From Utricularia gibba (taxonomy: Eukaryota > Plantae > Magnoliophyta), in assembly GCA_002189035.1 (NCBI GenBank), contig NEEC01000007.1, positions 62,001 through 126,000 of the forward strand: DNA of 64,000 nucleotides, read 5' to 3'. How positions within the stretch are numbered: the stretch's first letter is position 1; each line of letters starts with the position of its first letter. Made by a program: the position numbers and the translations under genes. The notes under the pieces are model-generated. The model was not told the origin of the DNA and did not search any database. It was given only the letters and a program-made list of their open reading frames with translations. This document shows positions 24,401-37,878 of this stretch, piece by piece.

Positions 24401-27082
24401 TTCCGAGTTCAGCAGGAATACCTCCCGTCAATTGATTGTCATTCAATTGCCTGAAGAACATCCATTAGCGCCACAAAAAGCTAATAACTAAGTCACCTAA
24501 AAAAACTTACAAATAGCTAAGTTTTGACATATTGCCCAGCTCTGGAGGAATAGCTCCACTCAGCTTGTTTCCATGGAGATACCTGAAATGAGACTTCAGC
24601 TCGAGAGGGAAAAAAAATGGAACGCTCAATCACATTACATAAACCTAAAGTATTTGAACTAACAGTTTTCCAGTGAATGAGAGGTTTCCCAAAATTGGGG
24701 GTATTGGCCCAACTAGCTCGTTTTCACTTAAATCCCTGACAAGCAAAAGGCAAATAGACAAATAATGTGATGAAGGTTCAAGACAATAAAATATGGATAA
24801 TGTCAATGAAGCAAAGAAAGAGAGAGTCTCATCCATACAATACAGCAAGGGCCTGCATTAGACCGAGAACCTCAGGTATCTTTCCAGACAACATATTCCC
24901 CTGCAAAGAGCTACAAATGCCACAAATAAACACAGTCAAGCTCGCCGATGATGAATGAATTTCGAGTCTTACAAACAGTTGCAGAAAAATGAAAATTTCA
25001 AAAAACAGAACGCTGAAAAAATCACGTACAGAGTCGCTACTTGCAAAAATCCAATGTTGTAAGGAATTTCCCCAGTAAGCTGATTGTAAGAAAGGTCCCT
25101 GGAAAAAGTTGATTTACGTCTTCAAACCAAGATTGAAAAAATTTAAAACCTTAATACAGCTGAGCAAAGAAGAGCTATACAATATTTCAAAGCTGGTGCA
25201 ATTGCCAATATTTTCAGGTATAGTTCCGGTTAGATTGTTCCCTCTCACGTCGCTGCAAAAAAATGATGAGGTCCACCAATGGCATAATAGATAAACATAC
25301 AGATAGAAAGGTAAAAAAAAAAACCTCACTTACAAGTACCAAAGACCAGTTAGTTGGCAAATGTCCGGGGACAATGTTCCCGAAAGCATATTTCCTCTCA
25401 GACCACTGGATGTACATGCACCAATGTGTTACATAAGTATCCAAAGCAATCAATTATCCATTTGCACAATGCATAAAATGGCTGCATCCAATCACAGATG
25501 GTTCACAACAGTTTTACTCACAGATACTGCAATACTTCGTTCCAATATATCAGCCTTGGGATCTCCCCGGTAAGCTGGTTTCGAGCAAGGTCACTGGGAA
25601 AACAACCATAAAACATAGATTAGGACAAGTTAAAATAGAATTTCAAGACGCAAGAAACTTACAGAGTCTTGAGGTTAGGAATTTGAGTTAGTGTTGACGG
25701 AATCGGGCCCACAAGCTGGTTGTTCTTAAGGTTCCTAGAGACCATACCAGCGATTTCATTGGATGGCATTGGAAGATAAGAGTTAAGATCACAATTAACT
25801 TACAATGTTTCAAGCTGCTTGAGCTTGGAAATGGAAAACGGGATGTCTCCCTCAAGAAGGTTCTCTGACAGATCACTGAAATCTAGTGTCAGCCAGACAA
25901 TTCAACAATGTGGCATAATCAAACTTTAAACTAGCGATGTAGCATGTATACATGAGCACAAGGGAGATGCAATTTCCAATTTCATCTGGGATTTGGCCAG
26001 TTAAATTGTTCCCTTGAAGATCACTGTAGAAAAGGCAAGAGCTTACTATTTTGACGAGTACAAGTTATCCATTTGAATTCCAAGGATCCCAGAAAATACT
26101 TACAGCGTCTGAAGGTTTCTTAAATCCCCAACAGCCGGTGAGATCTCGCCGCCCAAATTCAGATTTGATAGATTCCTTTAAAGAACATCAGGAATTACAC
26201 ATGTTGAGTACAGGTTAGTAGTAGCTCGTAAAATTTACAGGAAAAGTATCATAGAACATACAGGGAAACAACAGACATGCCCATTTTCCCACAAGATACA
26301 CCCCTCCAAGAGCAGAAATCCTCATTGTGTGCGTCATCCCAATCCGACAACACATTCGCGACGTTACCAAACGATGATTTGATGGATATCAATGCCTTTC
26401 CTGAAACAAACATACGCAAACTTCCGTTGGAGATTAAATTTAACAATGAGCACAGAAAAACAATCACGGCTACTGGCATATTTCAAAGAAACTTTTTCTT
26501 TAAAAAAATGAAGCCAATCTATCTCATCAAAGCTGCAGCCCATAACCAGAGCTGAACTTCCGGCAGTCAACGATTGGCTCATTTCTGCGTCAAGGTAGAA
26601 ATACGAAGTAGGGCGCCTCGTGCCCTCACATACAATCAGAATAATGCAAAGCGATCGGTCATAAGGGAAGAAGAGGGAATGCAGTACAAATCTGCGTAAA
26701 ACCCGAAACATGCAATTGAAGGTGGGCATAGTTGAAATTCTTCTTGAGCTTTTTTTTCTCGGAATACGATTATTCCGGTGTCATTCACATTCTTGGAGAA
26801 CAGAGCATGCAAGAAAACTTGCAGAAACAGTATACCGGAAGAATGTCATTTTCCAAAATTGGAATGAATGAATGGCAGAAGTCGCATTCATGTTAGGGAA
26901 ATTCTGTGTTAAACCTTCCACCAAAACAAATAAAGGAGAACAAGACGAAAACAGATTGCAAGTTTTTCTTGTCACGGGGGAGCGACGACACCATTACCTT
27001 CATCACTGATGGCTGAAGAGTGCAGTAACAGAAGCGTCAATGCTGAAGCAAGGAGGAGGAAGGCAACGTTCACATTCATCAT
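21460..27082 (-). CDS. ERL1: ERECTA-like LRR receptor kinase (ERL1/ERL2 clade), many roughly 72-nt LRR exons
   Basis: Exon 1 27082-26998 ([29 protein letters not shown]), then [22 protein letters not shown]...FCSWRGVSC. One LRR per exon. Kinase has [22 protein letters not shown] and DFG; C-terminus [19 protein letters not shown]. Confidence 0.95.
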
Positions 27083-28029
27083 CCTTGGTGGAAGTGGCAT
27101 TCCTTGAATGCAATGCAAGAGGGGGAGTCAAAATGGGGCTCCCGTGAAGCAAAACCTCGGTTCCTTCACGACCCACTTCGATCACCAGTCCAACTACTTA
27201 GAGAGAGTACACTGGGAAACCGATGATCACCTAATCAAAATGACCCGCGGGTGGGCGCCGGGATACGTGATGATAGCCGGAAGAGGGGGAGTGAAGGCGC
27301 GTTTGGCGTCGAGTGTAGGGCTGGGTGCAGCAAAGCAATAAAAGGGGAGGGAAGCGGAAAATGAAAAGACTGGGAAGAAGAGAGAGCTAAATGCTGCAGC
27401 TTGTCAACACAGCACCCAAAGCAACGCAAGGCACAGTGGTTTAATTAGGAGAGAGGGAGATGCAGAAAAAAAAATCGGTGTTGATTAAACGGCGGTGACG
27501 TGACTTGACGCGACGTTAAACAGCGGAATCTCTTGGCTCGCCCACGCCGCTGCCGTAAAGGGACCGGACCGAACCAAACCAGACCACTTTCTCTGTCTTC
27601 ATCTCCCATTTTTTTATTCCCCGTTTTCCATTTGCATTCAAATCTGGGGTGTGTTGGGTTGGGTTGGGTTGGGTCGCCAAAACACGATTACGCAGAAATG
27701 AAATGCCTGCCGTGGTTGATCAAAAAATCCAAATCCAGAACTCAGAAACAGGCAAGCAAGGAATTCAGCGGGTGCGTATCGAGAATCGTGTACGGCGCGA
27801 GTATTGATTTAATTATTGAGGGAACAGGCTTTTCATGTCCAAAAAGCATCTGCCCCGCCGGGGTCCTGCATGCATGCAAGCAAATGCATACGGACCACAA
27901 GGAGGCGCGTGCTCCCACGCTCGCGTGCCCTGAGTTGGATGCAAGTGAGAGGGGAGGGGAGGGGGAAGAAGGAAATAAATGCGTAGTAGTTCGTTCTCCG
28001 GTCCGGCTCACCCACTCACTCACTCAGCA

Positions 28030-28107
28030 CCATAGCCATCGCCATAGCCATAGCCATAGCCATAGCCTCCTGTTTTTGTGAGCAGCTAGCCAGCCAGCCA
28101 GCCAGCC
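28030..28107. repeat. (CCATAG)n and (AGCC)5 microsatellites
   Basis: ccatagccatcgccatagccatagccatagccatagcc followed by agccagccagccagccagcc. Confidence 0.85.
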
Positions 28108-30280
28108 ACTCACTTACTTAAGCATTCTGTTTGACCAAGTCCATGATTGGACGAGGTTAGCAACCAGACATGTATGGATAACATTTCAAGAAAGCGGAAG
28201 CAAGTTACTTGGATTCACCCGCCCCTTTGGAGGGTAAAAAGTGAAAGGTGAATCCCATTCCCATTCAAATGGCTGGATGCCCCTCTTCCTCCTTGGGCGA
28301 GGAATTTCGTATTGTCAAGAAAGGGAAAGTTCAGGACTCGCAGCAGACAAGTACTTGAGAATATCGAGTTATTCGATCAAGCATCAGAGGGGGCGGGGGC
28401 GGGGGCGGGGCAACCTCTCCTCTCCTCTCTGGCTTCTAAATTATTTTAATAAAAAAAGGCTATATAATCAATCATAGGAACTGGCAACCTCCAGGGGCTC
28501 GATCACACATACTATCCATCACCTACAAAACGTGGCGTGACTAAATTATTTTGGGGGATGAGTTGAGTTGTATGCATATTGGTGGGTGGGTGGATAGCCA
28601 CAACTCACCCACCCACTGCCTGAACTAGACCCTTCACTTCTTCTTTGCCATACTTGAGTCTCTGAAATTACATGTAATTAATATCATTCCTCCTTGACGT
28701 GGCCGGCTCCTTGCATGGAATTTATCCACTGATCCATCCCATCGGGAATCTTCTCCAGGGACCCAAGTGCCCACTCACCATGACACAATCAAAACTCCAT
28801 TTCTTTTCTTTTCTTTTAACATTTTACTGCTGGGGCTGGGGGTGCTGTGGTGCCAGTAATTTTTCATTTCTTCATACGTTGGGGATGGGATGGGATGGGG
28901 GATTGTTTTGTAGGAGCCAGCCCTTCCCACCACACCACCGAGGTTGGTTGGGCGGCAAACCCAAGAAGCCTTCCTCCAACAGCTCTGATGCTGTGCCGCT
29001 ACTGCTCATCAGATCAGACTGAAATGAATTTCGAATCCGGGTCCAGATTCATTTTCCAGTTTTTTGCCTTTTCTTTAAAAAAAAAAGAGAAAAAGGAGCC
29101 GGGGACGTTAAAGAAAGGGGGAAGGAAGGAAACTAGCGACCGGCGCTGCGGCGGATCCGCAGTTGGTCCACGCCTCCGCTGCTCCTTTTGGAAGCAGTGT
29201 CCCCTGTTTTCTTTTTTTTTTCTCTTTTTTTTTCCCTTTTGAGGGAATGACACACCGCCAGTGCCGCGTCCCTTTCCTTTCTGCCCTCCCTCCAATTTAT
29301 TTTTTCAGTCACACGTGCGACCCGGGCCGGGCGACCGAACCGGTGCTCGAACCCAGGAAGAAGAGGGGGGTTTGATTTCATTAATTCCCTAGCGTATTAT
29401 TGCCACCCTAAACCCTAAAAAAGGAGAGATGCGGTCAATCAATCTAATCCATTAGATGATTAATTGAGGCGAGCAGCAGACCAGTCCAGTCCAGCGAGCA
29501 CGTGACCCCGTGCCCTTGTGTTGCTTCAATGATGGGTACGGGACGAGGAGGTAAGGAAGGTGACAGCCACTGGACTGCCCTCTGCGAGCGGGCGGGTGGG
29601 CGGGCCGGTTCATCAACCACGTCTGGTCCGCCCGCGGTAAATATAGTTTAGTAATCCCAATCCCCATCACCCAGGACCGGGTTGCATGCATGCAACACAA
29701 CGACACACTGAATTCATTTCCACATCCACAACGTAACTCGTGATCACGGCACCACTTGTTTTCTTCTTCTTTTCTCACCCTATAAATAAATAAATAATAA
29801 ATAAATAAAATATGCAATCGCCAGCCTACTGCCTGCAGCCTGCAAGCTGTGCTGCAAAAGCTGGTCACAGATTTCCCGGGTCGCGTCCTATGAAAAGCTG
29901 GATCATGCTCCCAGATACACACAGTACAAGTTATATATTGTAGTCTACGGCGCATCCTGGGCCCAACCAAAACAGCAAATATCCGCCATGCCCATTGGAA
30001 TTACCCCCCGTGAATAAAGAAAATAAACCAGGCCCAACACCTTCTCAGATAGTCAGATTACAACCAGAGCACACATCTTGCCAGGGAAAGAGATTTGTCA
30101 TTTTATCAATATATCATCCATTGCGTAAATTTTGAAATCTGACATATTACCTATTCATGATCATGCGTTAAAGGGTGGTGTATTTGTATGTACATGCGTC
30201 AAACAGGAAAGAATAGTGAAGGATGACTAACCAGCCCCATCGAGCACACACCATTGGAATCATATCTGTATAGTTAGCCT

Positions 30281-33200
30281 TCAATCACGCGCAATGAGAA
30301 TTTTCTCCTGCAGTTTAGTATAGACATGACTCATGCTTAGCATTCTCTAGATACACAAGAACAATACTGAGAATAATACCTCGCTGCTTGAAACAATTTG
30401 AGATGGCAGATATTGAACAAGATCACCAAGGCGGATCAAAGGAGATGTCAATTTGAACAAAAGTGGAGTTGTTACCTGCATCGGATGGAAAACTTTGTCA
30501 CCACGGCAACAGCTTTTAAAGAAACCAGAAAACGCGAGACTTACAAGACTCAGAGCCGTGGTTCCAAGAAGAAGAAGGTACATCTTCCCCTGTATGGTTC
30601 ACGCAAGAGTTGGGAACAACTGACTGGGGAGGCTATATTGCAAAAACAAAACTCCATCCTCACCTCAATCAGATGAAGGTTTGATGCACGGCTTAGGAGA
30701 ACAAAAGCGAATTCCCCAACTTGAGCCAGCAGCACTCCAACCTGGCAGGTAACAACCTATGAGTTCCAGAGAGACTTTTCCCCGTCAAAACTCATCGAAG
30801 AATGAACTCACAATGATTGACGTCTTCAGGCCATACCCGAAGGCCTTTGTTACACCCGCAGCAACTACTGTCTTCAGTACAACGACAAGAATTACTGACG
30901 CAAGTAATATATCCACGTGTGCCCATAGGAACTGCACATGTATCAACATCCCAATACTAGAGAGGAACAGGGCAGCAAAAAAGTTACGAATTGGTTCCAC
31001 CTACAAGAAAAGAGCTTGAGGATTATCTAACGATCCACAAGATTTCCGAGATGACAATGGAGGTAAACAAAATGAGAACCTGGCCTAAGGTATGCTCTGC
31101 AAATTCTGTAGTTGATATCATGACACCAGCTAAGAAAGAGCCCAATTCAAGACTGAGACCCAATTTATCGCTGCACTAGAATAATGAACAACAAAATTAC
31201 TCAAAAAATCAGGAAGTGTAAAGTCCCAACATCGGAACAAATTACAGTGTGTAAAAAGCAGAATATGCCTGAACGAACAATCAGGATATAAAGCAACACA
31301 GATGGTAAGTGACTCATGTTGTGTTCTTACCCAGGCCAACATTAGGCAGAATGCTACAGCAAACAGCTGGTACAGTTCGCTCGTCTATTTCTCAACAGGA
31401 AAAAAAAAAAAAGGTGACTTTATAAGCATAAGAAGCAAGCACAAAGTATATTTGACGTTGTGCAACTATGCATGAAGGATTAGCAGTAATTCATGTAACG
31501 CAATCAGCAGTAATTGATGTCTAACCGAGATGCAGTACATATCAATTCATAACTATAAATTTGGAATCAGTAATCTCAATTAATTCTTTGTGCATAATTT
31601 TAAAACTACATACAAATATACGAGTTCTAAGAAAGCAGAATTGTATGTTTAACCCACTTGTGATGATAATTTCATCATGAACTTCAAAAACCGAGCAACA
31701 AAAATCCATGTCATCATAGAGGCCACCATGAGAAACACAGACAAAGTGAGTAGCCTGAAACCAGCAAAAAAAATCATACAATTGAATGGGAACATAATTG
31801 AAGGCAACAGACATAACAAACAAAGCTCTCACAGTTTTCCCATGGATACCACTCCCAGCAAAATGCCATTACTGCCACCAAGAATAGGGAGCAGGGCAAA
31901 CAATATGCCCACGGCACAATCCTACAAGAAGATCATGGAAATTCACCATCGATAATTACGAATGCTTATTGCTCATATTTTGCACATGATTATAATAACA
32001 CGCAAATAATTAAAAACCTGAAAAATTAGAGTCCCAATTGTAACTTGAGCGTGAATAGCACTATTAACATTTTGCTCAATCAAAAACTTCACCACCTACA
32101 AGAAACAGGAAAAAATCCGTTCAATGATGTAATCATTTTACCTAAAAAATGTGCATGAAGGTTAACTCTCACGATCGCTGTGGATGACATTGAGAGGAAA
32201 CAGCCTACAAACACTCCCTCTGAAAGTTTTGCTCCGCACATCTGACCAAATAAATAATGCAAAATGAACAGTTTTATTTCCCGAAAAAAGAAAAAAAAAC
32301 TTGCCGTAACTTACCAAGGAAGTTATGCCACACAAGAAAATAAGAATAATGATTTGAAGTAGTCCACCAATAACAGCCACAGGGCCCACTAATTTAAGCT
32401 GCATTAGAACCTCAGTTCAGGAATGCCGACAGGAGGGAATAAAGAAAAAATGCACTACCCAAGAACCAATAAACGAACACCATTTACTTTTGGTAAGGAA
32501 AACTCCAATCCCAAAGCAAACAGAAGAAATACAACCCCAAACTGTGCAAAAGTCTCAACCTGAAGTATGACAGCACAGATATGAGATAGCAGCAGATATT
32601 TACAACAAGAAAAGGAAAATATAAATAAAAAACATTCAAGAAGAGAAAAACTTATTGGTTCACTTGTAAAATCACACGCTAGTTAAAAAAAAAGCTCCAT
32701 ATTTACTAGATCTAATTTCAAATTCATGTGTAATTGGAAAGGACTCCCTACAATCTCATGATTCAGATAACATCACCAGGTGAAAATGCCTGGCTCTTGT
32801 TGTTTTAGTCTAGTACTGTTTTACCAATCTACTGCATTCAAGTCAATTGGGACGAATAATCAATGCTAGTGATGAATTTATAAGAACTCTTAACTGCAAA
32901 CTTACATCATCACTTAAAATTAAATTCAAATATCGTTCCATAAGGTTATTATGTTTTCTAGAATGGGAAAATTACTCCAAAATAAATAATTGGCACAACA
33001 AGAAAAAAAACACACCTGCACCATCTCACTTATAAAATTTAAGCCACCAGGTCCAATGATTGAGCCCGCAAGAATGTAGCCAACAATAACCTAAAATGAG
33101 AGAATATTCTCAGAAGACGAACAAAGAACATACACATTAGACGCAACTACGCATGTGGAATAAACCTATGCTTCAGTAAAAAAAAAATGGCAGGGAAGCA

Positions 33201-34825
33201 CAAACCGGTTGACCTAAGCAAGAAAATATAATCCCGCCAAATGCAGCAGAAACTATGACAACTACCAAGTCTGAAATTAACCTACAAGATGAATATCAGG
33301 ATGAATAATATACGTTATCTTTCTCTCAAATAATAAATTGACAGTAGCGAAAGCGGTTTCATCTCCTTTTACAAATTCTATATTTTCAAAAACAATCTAA
33401 ATCACCTAAAATCAACTTGGAGAACTGGATATTTTGACTTCCTCTTTGACATCACAAATATGTTGTCCTGTCATCAAGGAAACACAAGGAGATCCGTGAG
33501 GCTCATAATTAGAACAATACAAATGAAGATTAAAAAAGAAAACCCCTACCTTTTTATCTATTATGGTTGCCATTTCGTCAGCGTCCTGGTTTTCAAGTGT
33601 GAACATATCCTGGACTTGGAAAGGTTTAGTACCACTGCCAAAGAAAAGCAAATGTGGTATACTGTAATGCTTAGTATCAGTTTCTAAGCATATGTAATTG
33701 GGACACGCCTAAAATATTGTTCCTCACTTGACCATTTTGGTATCATTCTTTTTTGTCCTCTCATGAGTGATTTTAGCAACAGTCTCTAGTTCCGCCTGTG
33801 TACCATTAATCATACGAAATGATAAAATATAGAACTGGAAACATTTGGCTGCTACAAATACCAGAGTGTGCTGAAAAATTACACACATAATTTGGGAACA
33901 CTGTATAGAATTTAACTGATTGTGGGCATGATATGATAGATCTTTATTGCAGTCCATTAAGATAGCACGGGAAGATAACTTAGTGTCTGGGATAAGGAGA
34001 AATCTACCTGTTGGCCAGCAACACTGCTATTGAAGCTGCTCTCATCAGACCCTTTACATGATTAGAAAAATGAGAAAAATAAAATAAAATTAGAGATTAC
34101 TTTTCTTTTTGGCCAAAAAGGAATATGATGCATCTAAAGAACACAACACTCACCAACAAGCTCCATTAACTAAAGGAGACGAAAAAAAAATTAAAAAAAA
34201 TTGCAAGGATTAACTACATGATCGGACGTACATAATCACAGATTCACGTATGAAGTTTTCAGAAATCGTTTCAGTATATGGGCTGTGCGACAAGGTTGAA
34301 TCTCTATGAAAACTAGTCACCTTTTGACTGAATAATCCAGAGTTATCCGAGAATCATGAGCCAGGTTGAGTCCCTCGGTTAGAGGAAAATAAAGCAATAC
34401 GCATCGAGAGTATAGGAAAATAATCCTCTTTACAACATAGATATCTACAACTTACAAACGAACTCCTTATTAACTAGACTCTTGCGAAAATTCTCACTGG
34501 GCTTTAAGAGAATTTCCATAAAAAATATGCCAATAGGTTATAAGAGACTTAAGGATTTTAATGTCACATGTGTAATCGTTAGAAACAAAGAGTTGTAAAA
34601 GTGAAGAAACTGAGACATGCCTTCCGGCTGATCGTTATCGGGGAACTCCTTCTCCAACACGCGATCGAACATCTTGGCAATACTCTGGTCTCCATGGTCT
34701 GGCGATGACGTGTTCATCAGATCCCCATAAAATTTTTGTCGAATTCCATCCTCCGATGTCGCGGAATCGGTGATTAACGGAAAAAACGCCAGAACAAAAA
34801 GGAGGAAGACCTTCCTATACACCAT
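30281..34825 (-). CDS. KEA5: K+ efflux antiporter, endomembrane KEA4/5/6 clade (KEA5-like), about 20 exons
   Basis: ATG 34825 and SIAKMFDRVLEKEFPDNDQPEG|SDESSFNSSVAGQQ. Further motifs QFGVVFLLFALGLEFS, FLSMSSTAI, LGLSLELGSFLAGVMISTT, VEPIRNFFAALFLSSIGMLI and LAQVGEFAFVLLSRASNLHLIE. Last exon EKILIARD* ends at 30281. Confidence 0.95.
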
Positions 34826-35183
34826 GGATAACAGCGGAATGTCACTCCTTCCGGGGTTGGCGTGGAAGGGAGCCAGCCCGCGAAGAATCGTGATGGGCAC
34901 GGCAGGGAACGGAACGACGGATGTGTCGGGTGGTTGAGGACGTCACTGCGAATTAACAAATGGCGCGAATTATCGAATAATATATTCGCATTTCATCGGG
35001 CCTTGCGATGGAGCCCAACCAAACCACTTGGGCCCTTTACTGCTCCGGTTTAATCCCGAAAAGCATGAATTTGGATCCAACAGTTGAGGTTGTTCTCAGG
35101 GTACAAGGAGAGGTGCACTTTTTGTTGGAAAGGATGAAGATTCAACACCGTGCTCCTATTGGGTGCTGGGTGGAAAACATTTA

Positions 35184-35209
35184 CTTCTTCTTCTTCTTCT
35201 TCTTCTTCT
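35184..35209. repeat. (TTC)8 microsatellite
   Basis: Read directly. Confidence 0.95.
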
Positions 35210-36423
35210 GTGTGTCATATGATTTATTCCCAGTGAGGAGGGACTGCACAGCACTGCACTGAAGGAGGTGGGTGCAGGGGCGAGGAGGGGACAGGTTGCA
35301 CCACAGCCTCGAAAAGAGGTGCTGGGCTCCCTGACAAATGTAAGCCCAACTTGCACCACCCCGGTAAAGTCCATTTTCGGCTCCCCGCACATTTAATTCC
35401 TCCTGCAGGCTCATTCATACCACAACGGATTTCCACGCACGAAAGGGAGTTGTTTGCTCGCCAACCCGCAGTAAACAACGTACGCAAACACCCATCATCT
35501 CCATTATCGCCATTTCTGGTAATCACTTCAGCGGGGGGAGGCAGTAGTAGGGTTACAAGTGGTCCATTGTTGGACGGAGTTCTAAGACAGAAACGTGGAA
35601 ACAATAGTTCGTTAGTTTCGGAAGAGGAGCAGTGGCTCGGCCTCCCTCCCTTTCCCTTACCTTTGGTTGGTGGGGCTCATCAATGCTCGGACCCCGGATC
35701 TGATCTGATCCGCCTTCCTTTTTCTTCTGTGCTCCAGACTTAAAAATATTATCGAATGCCTCTGAATCAGAATCTCTAGAGATCAATCATTATTTTCATG
35801 GAGTATGGCTTCCCAAATAAGAAATTTAGAGTGAATCCCTTGAGTAATACTTGATTTGGGTGGGCGTTTTCTGGATGTTTGCCAGGCCAGGCCGGTCGGT
35901 GGGTTTCTATGACGATCCAATCAACGCTCATCGAATCCATTTTTTAGCAACCGGGTGGTTGATGCCGCTCTCCTCCATCTCCCGAGATCCTTTCTGAGCC
36001 ATCACTTGTTGCTTCTCTGTTTAGATGTATGCATACATACGCATGGAGTCCCCCCTAAACACAACTTCTGTTCCATCACTCTTGCGTCATGGGTGATTAA
36101 GAAAGCAATCGTGCGATAATCAAATACTTCTTATACTTTTTTTTGTTGTTGGTTGATGTATAACATAAAAGGGATAAACCGCGATGGCTGCAGTTCACAG
36201 TTGGATGTTGAAATGCCTCTAGTTTCAACGCTGTCTGCTGTGACACAATTTATTGCTTCTCAGGCCACTGAATGCACACATGCTGCTGCCTGTTGCAGAC
36301 CAAACATATGCGTATAGCGGCACAGCAACCCATGCATTACCACCCATATAACGCGTGGCTAAAGATCAGGCAGAGAGAGCAAGGCAGCCATTACTCACTG
36401 CTTCCAAGCTTTTCCTACAGGAA

Positions 36424-37878
36424 ATGGCTGCTGCTCTCTTCTCAGATTTTGTGAAATCCTCATGCATTGTAGTGTTTATCTGCTCACAAGCTGTACTCAT
36501 CGTGCATCGAGTGGAGTTTTCATGCCATTTTCTTGCTGCATTTTGTCTTCTACTTTTTGCCTCTGTAGTAAGATATTGCCTCGTTCCAAGCCCATCATCC
36601 CAACTGTATCTTGTTGATTTCGCTTGCCTTAAACCTCCAGACTCCTGCAAAGTTCCTCTTTCTAAATTCATTGAGCATACCCAAAAGTTATGGGAGCAGG
36701 AGAGCGCTGATTTCATGGCTGGAGTGCTGACGCAGTCGGGCCAAGGTGAAGAAACATATCTCCCACCAGGGCTTCACTTCATACCACCAAAAGCGGATTA
36801 CAAAGAAACCGTGGAAGAAGTGCACATGGCGCTTTTCCCAGTTCTTGCAGAACTGCTGTCCAACACAAAGACTGCAGCCCGAGACATCGACGTTCTCATC
36901 GTTAACTGCAGTGGCTTCTGCCCATCTCCTTCACTTTCCTCCATGGTGGTCAATAGATTCTCCATGAGAGAAGATGTCAAAAGCTTCACAATCAGCGGAA
37001 TGGGGTGCAGCGCCAGCGTTCTAGCCATTGACATGGCACACAACATTCTCAAAACACATAAGAACTCGAATGCAGTTATCCTCAGTACCGAAGTTCTGAC
37101 GACGGGGTGGTATCCTGGAAGGGAGAAGCCCAAGCTCGTACTCAACTGCCTTTTCCGCATGGGCGCTGTCGCCATTTTAGTATCCAACAAAAAACAAGCA
37201 AGGGAAACCGCAAAATACAAGCTTGTACATAGTCTCAGGACTCAAAGAGCCTTTGATGACACAGGATATCTGTCCGCCATCAGAGAAGAAGATTCCGATG
37301 GGATCACGGGAGTCACACTCCGGAAGGACTTACTCCAGGTGAATTTCAATCCTAAATCAATCCAATAATCCCCCGCAACAAGTTGCTCCATTTGGGAATT
37401 TTTTCAGGTTGCTGGAGAAACCCTCCGAGCCCACATCACCATACTTGGGTCGAAGCTCCTACCCCATACAGAGATTTTGCTATACGCAATCTCTGCCATG
37501 AAAAAGCGTTATTGGGATAAGTCGACGGAGATCTACGTACCAAATTTCAAAAAGGTAGTAAAGCACTTCTGCTTGCCGGCCTCCGGAAAGTCAGTGATAA
37601 GAGAGATAGGAAAGGGACTCCGATTGGGAGACAAGGAATTGGAACCAGCGTTCATGACTCTGCATAGATTCGGGAACCAATCCTCCTCTTCCTCATGGTA
37701 CCAGCTGGCGTACATGGAGGCGAAACAGTGGGTTGTCAAAGGTGACAGAGTTCTGCAGTTGGGTATGGGCACAGGGCCCAAGTCTACAAGCTTGGTATGG
37801 GAGTCGATGAGGTCCATTCACGGCGAGGCCGGTAAAGGCGCGTGGGCCGACTGCATCCACCGATACCCCCACAAATGA
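36424..37878 (+). CDS. KCS: 3-ketoacyl-CoA synthase (FAE1/CUT1 family), atypical clade, join(36424..37338,37408..37878)
   Basis: YLVDFACLKPP, DIDVLIVNCSGFCPSPSLSSMVVNRF, ISGMGCSA, LNCLFRMGA and LHRFGNQSSSSSWYQLAYMEAK. One 69-nt GT-AG intron. Confidence 0.92.

Noticed and set aside
28560-28616. Interleaved inverted repeats (GAGTTG/CAACTC; GTGGGTGGGT/ACCCACCCAC) resembling a pseudoknot
   Set aside because: Short and low-complexity, expected in this microsatellite-rich spacer, with no transcript evidence.
29330-29360. GGTTCGAG T-loop-like motif on the minus strand suggesting a tRNA
   Set aside because: T-stem pairs poorly, and there is no D-arm, anticodon arm or acceptor stem.
27533-29970. ORF-track ORFs of 60-180 aa in the ERL-KEA gap
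   Set aside because: Low-complexity translations of microsatellites (HSHSHS, RGRGRG, KKKEKK), many with non-ATG starts and no family motifs.
35000-35800. Several 77-130 codon ORFs and a strong minus-strand donor (AAG|GTAAGG, about 35660) between KEA and KCS
   Set aside because: No recognisable domain, and the frames cross the (TTC)8 repeat. Site-II motifs at about 35000-35035 suggest the KEA TSS is proximal. Treated as non-coding pending RNA data.
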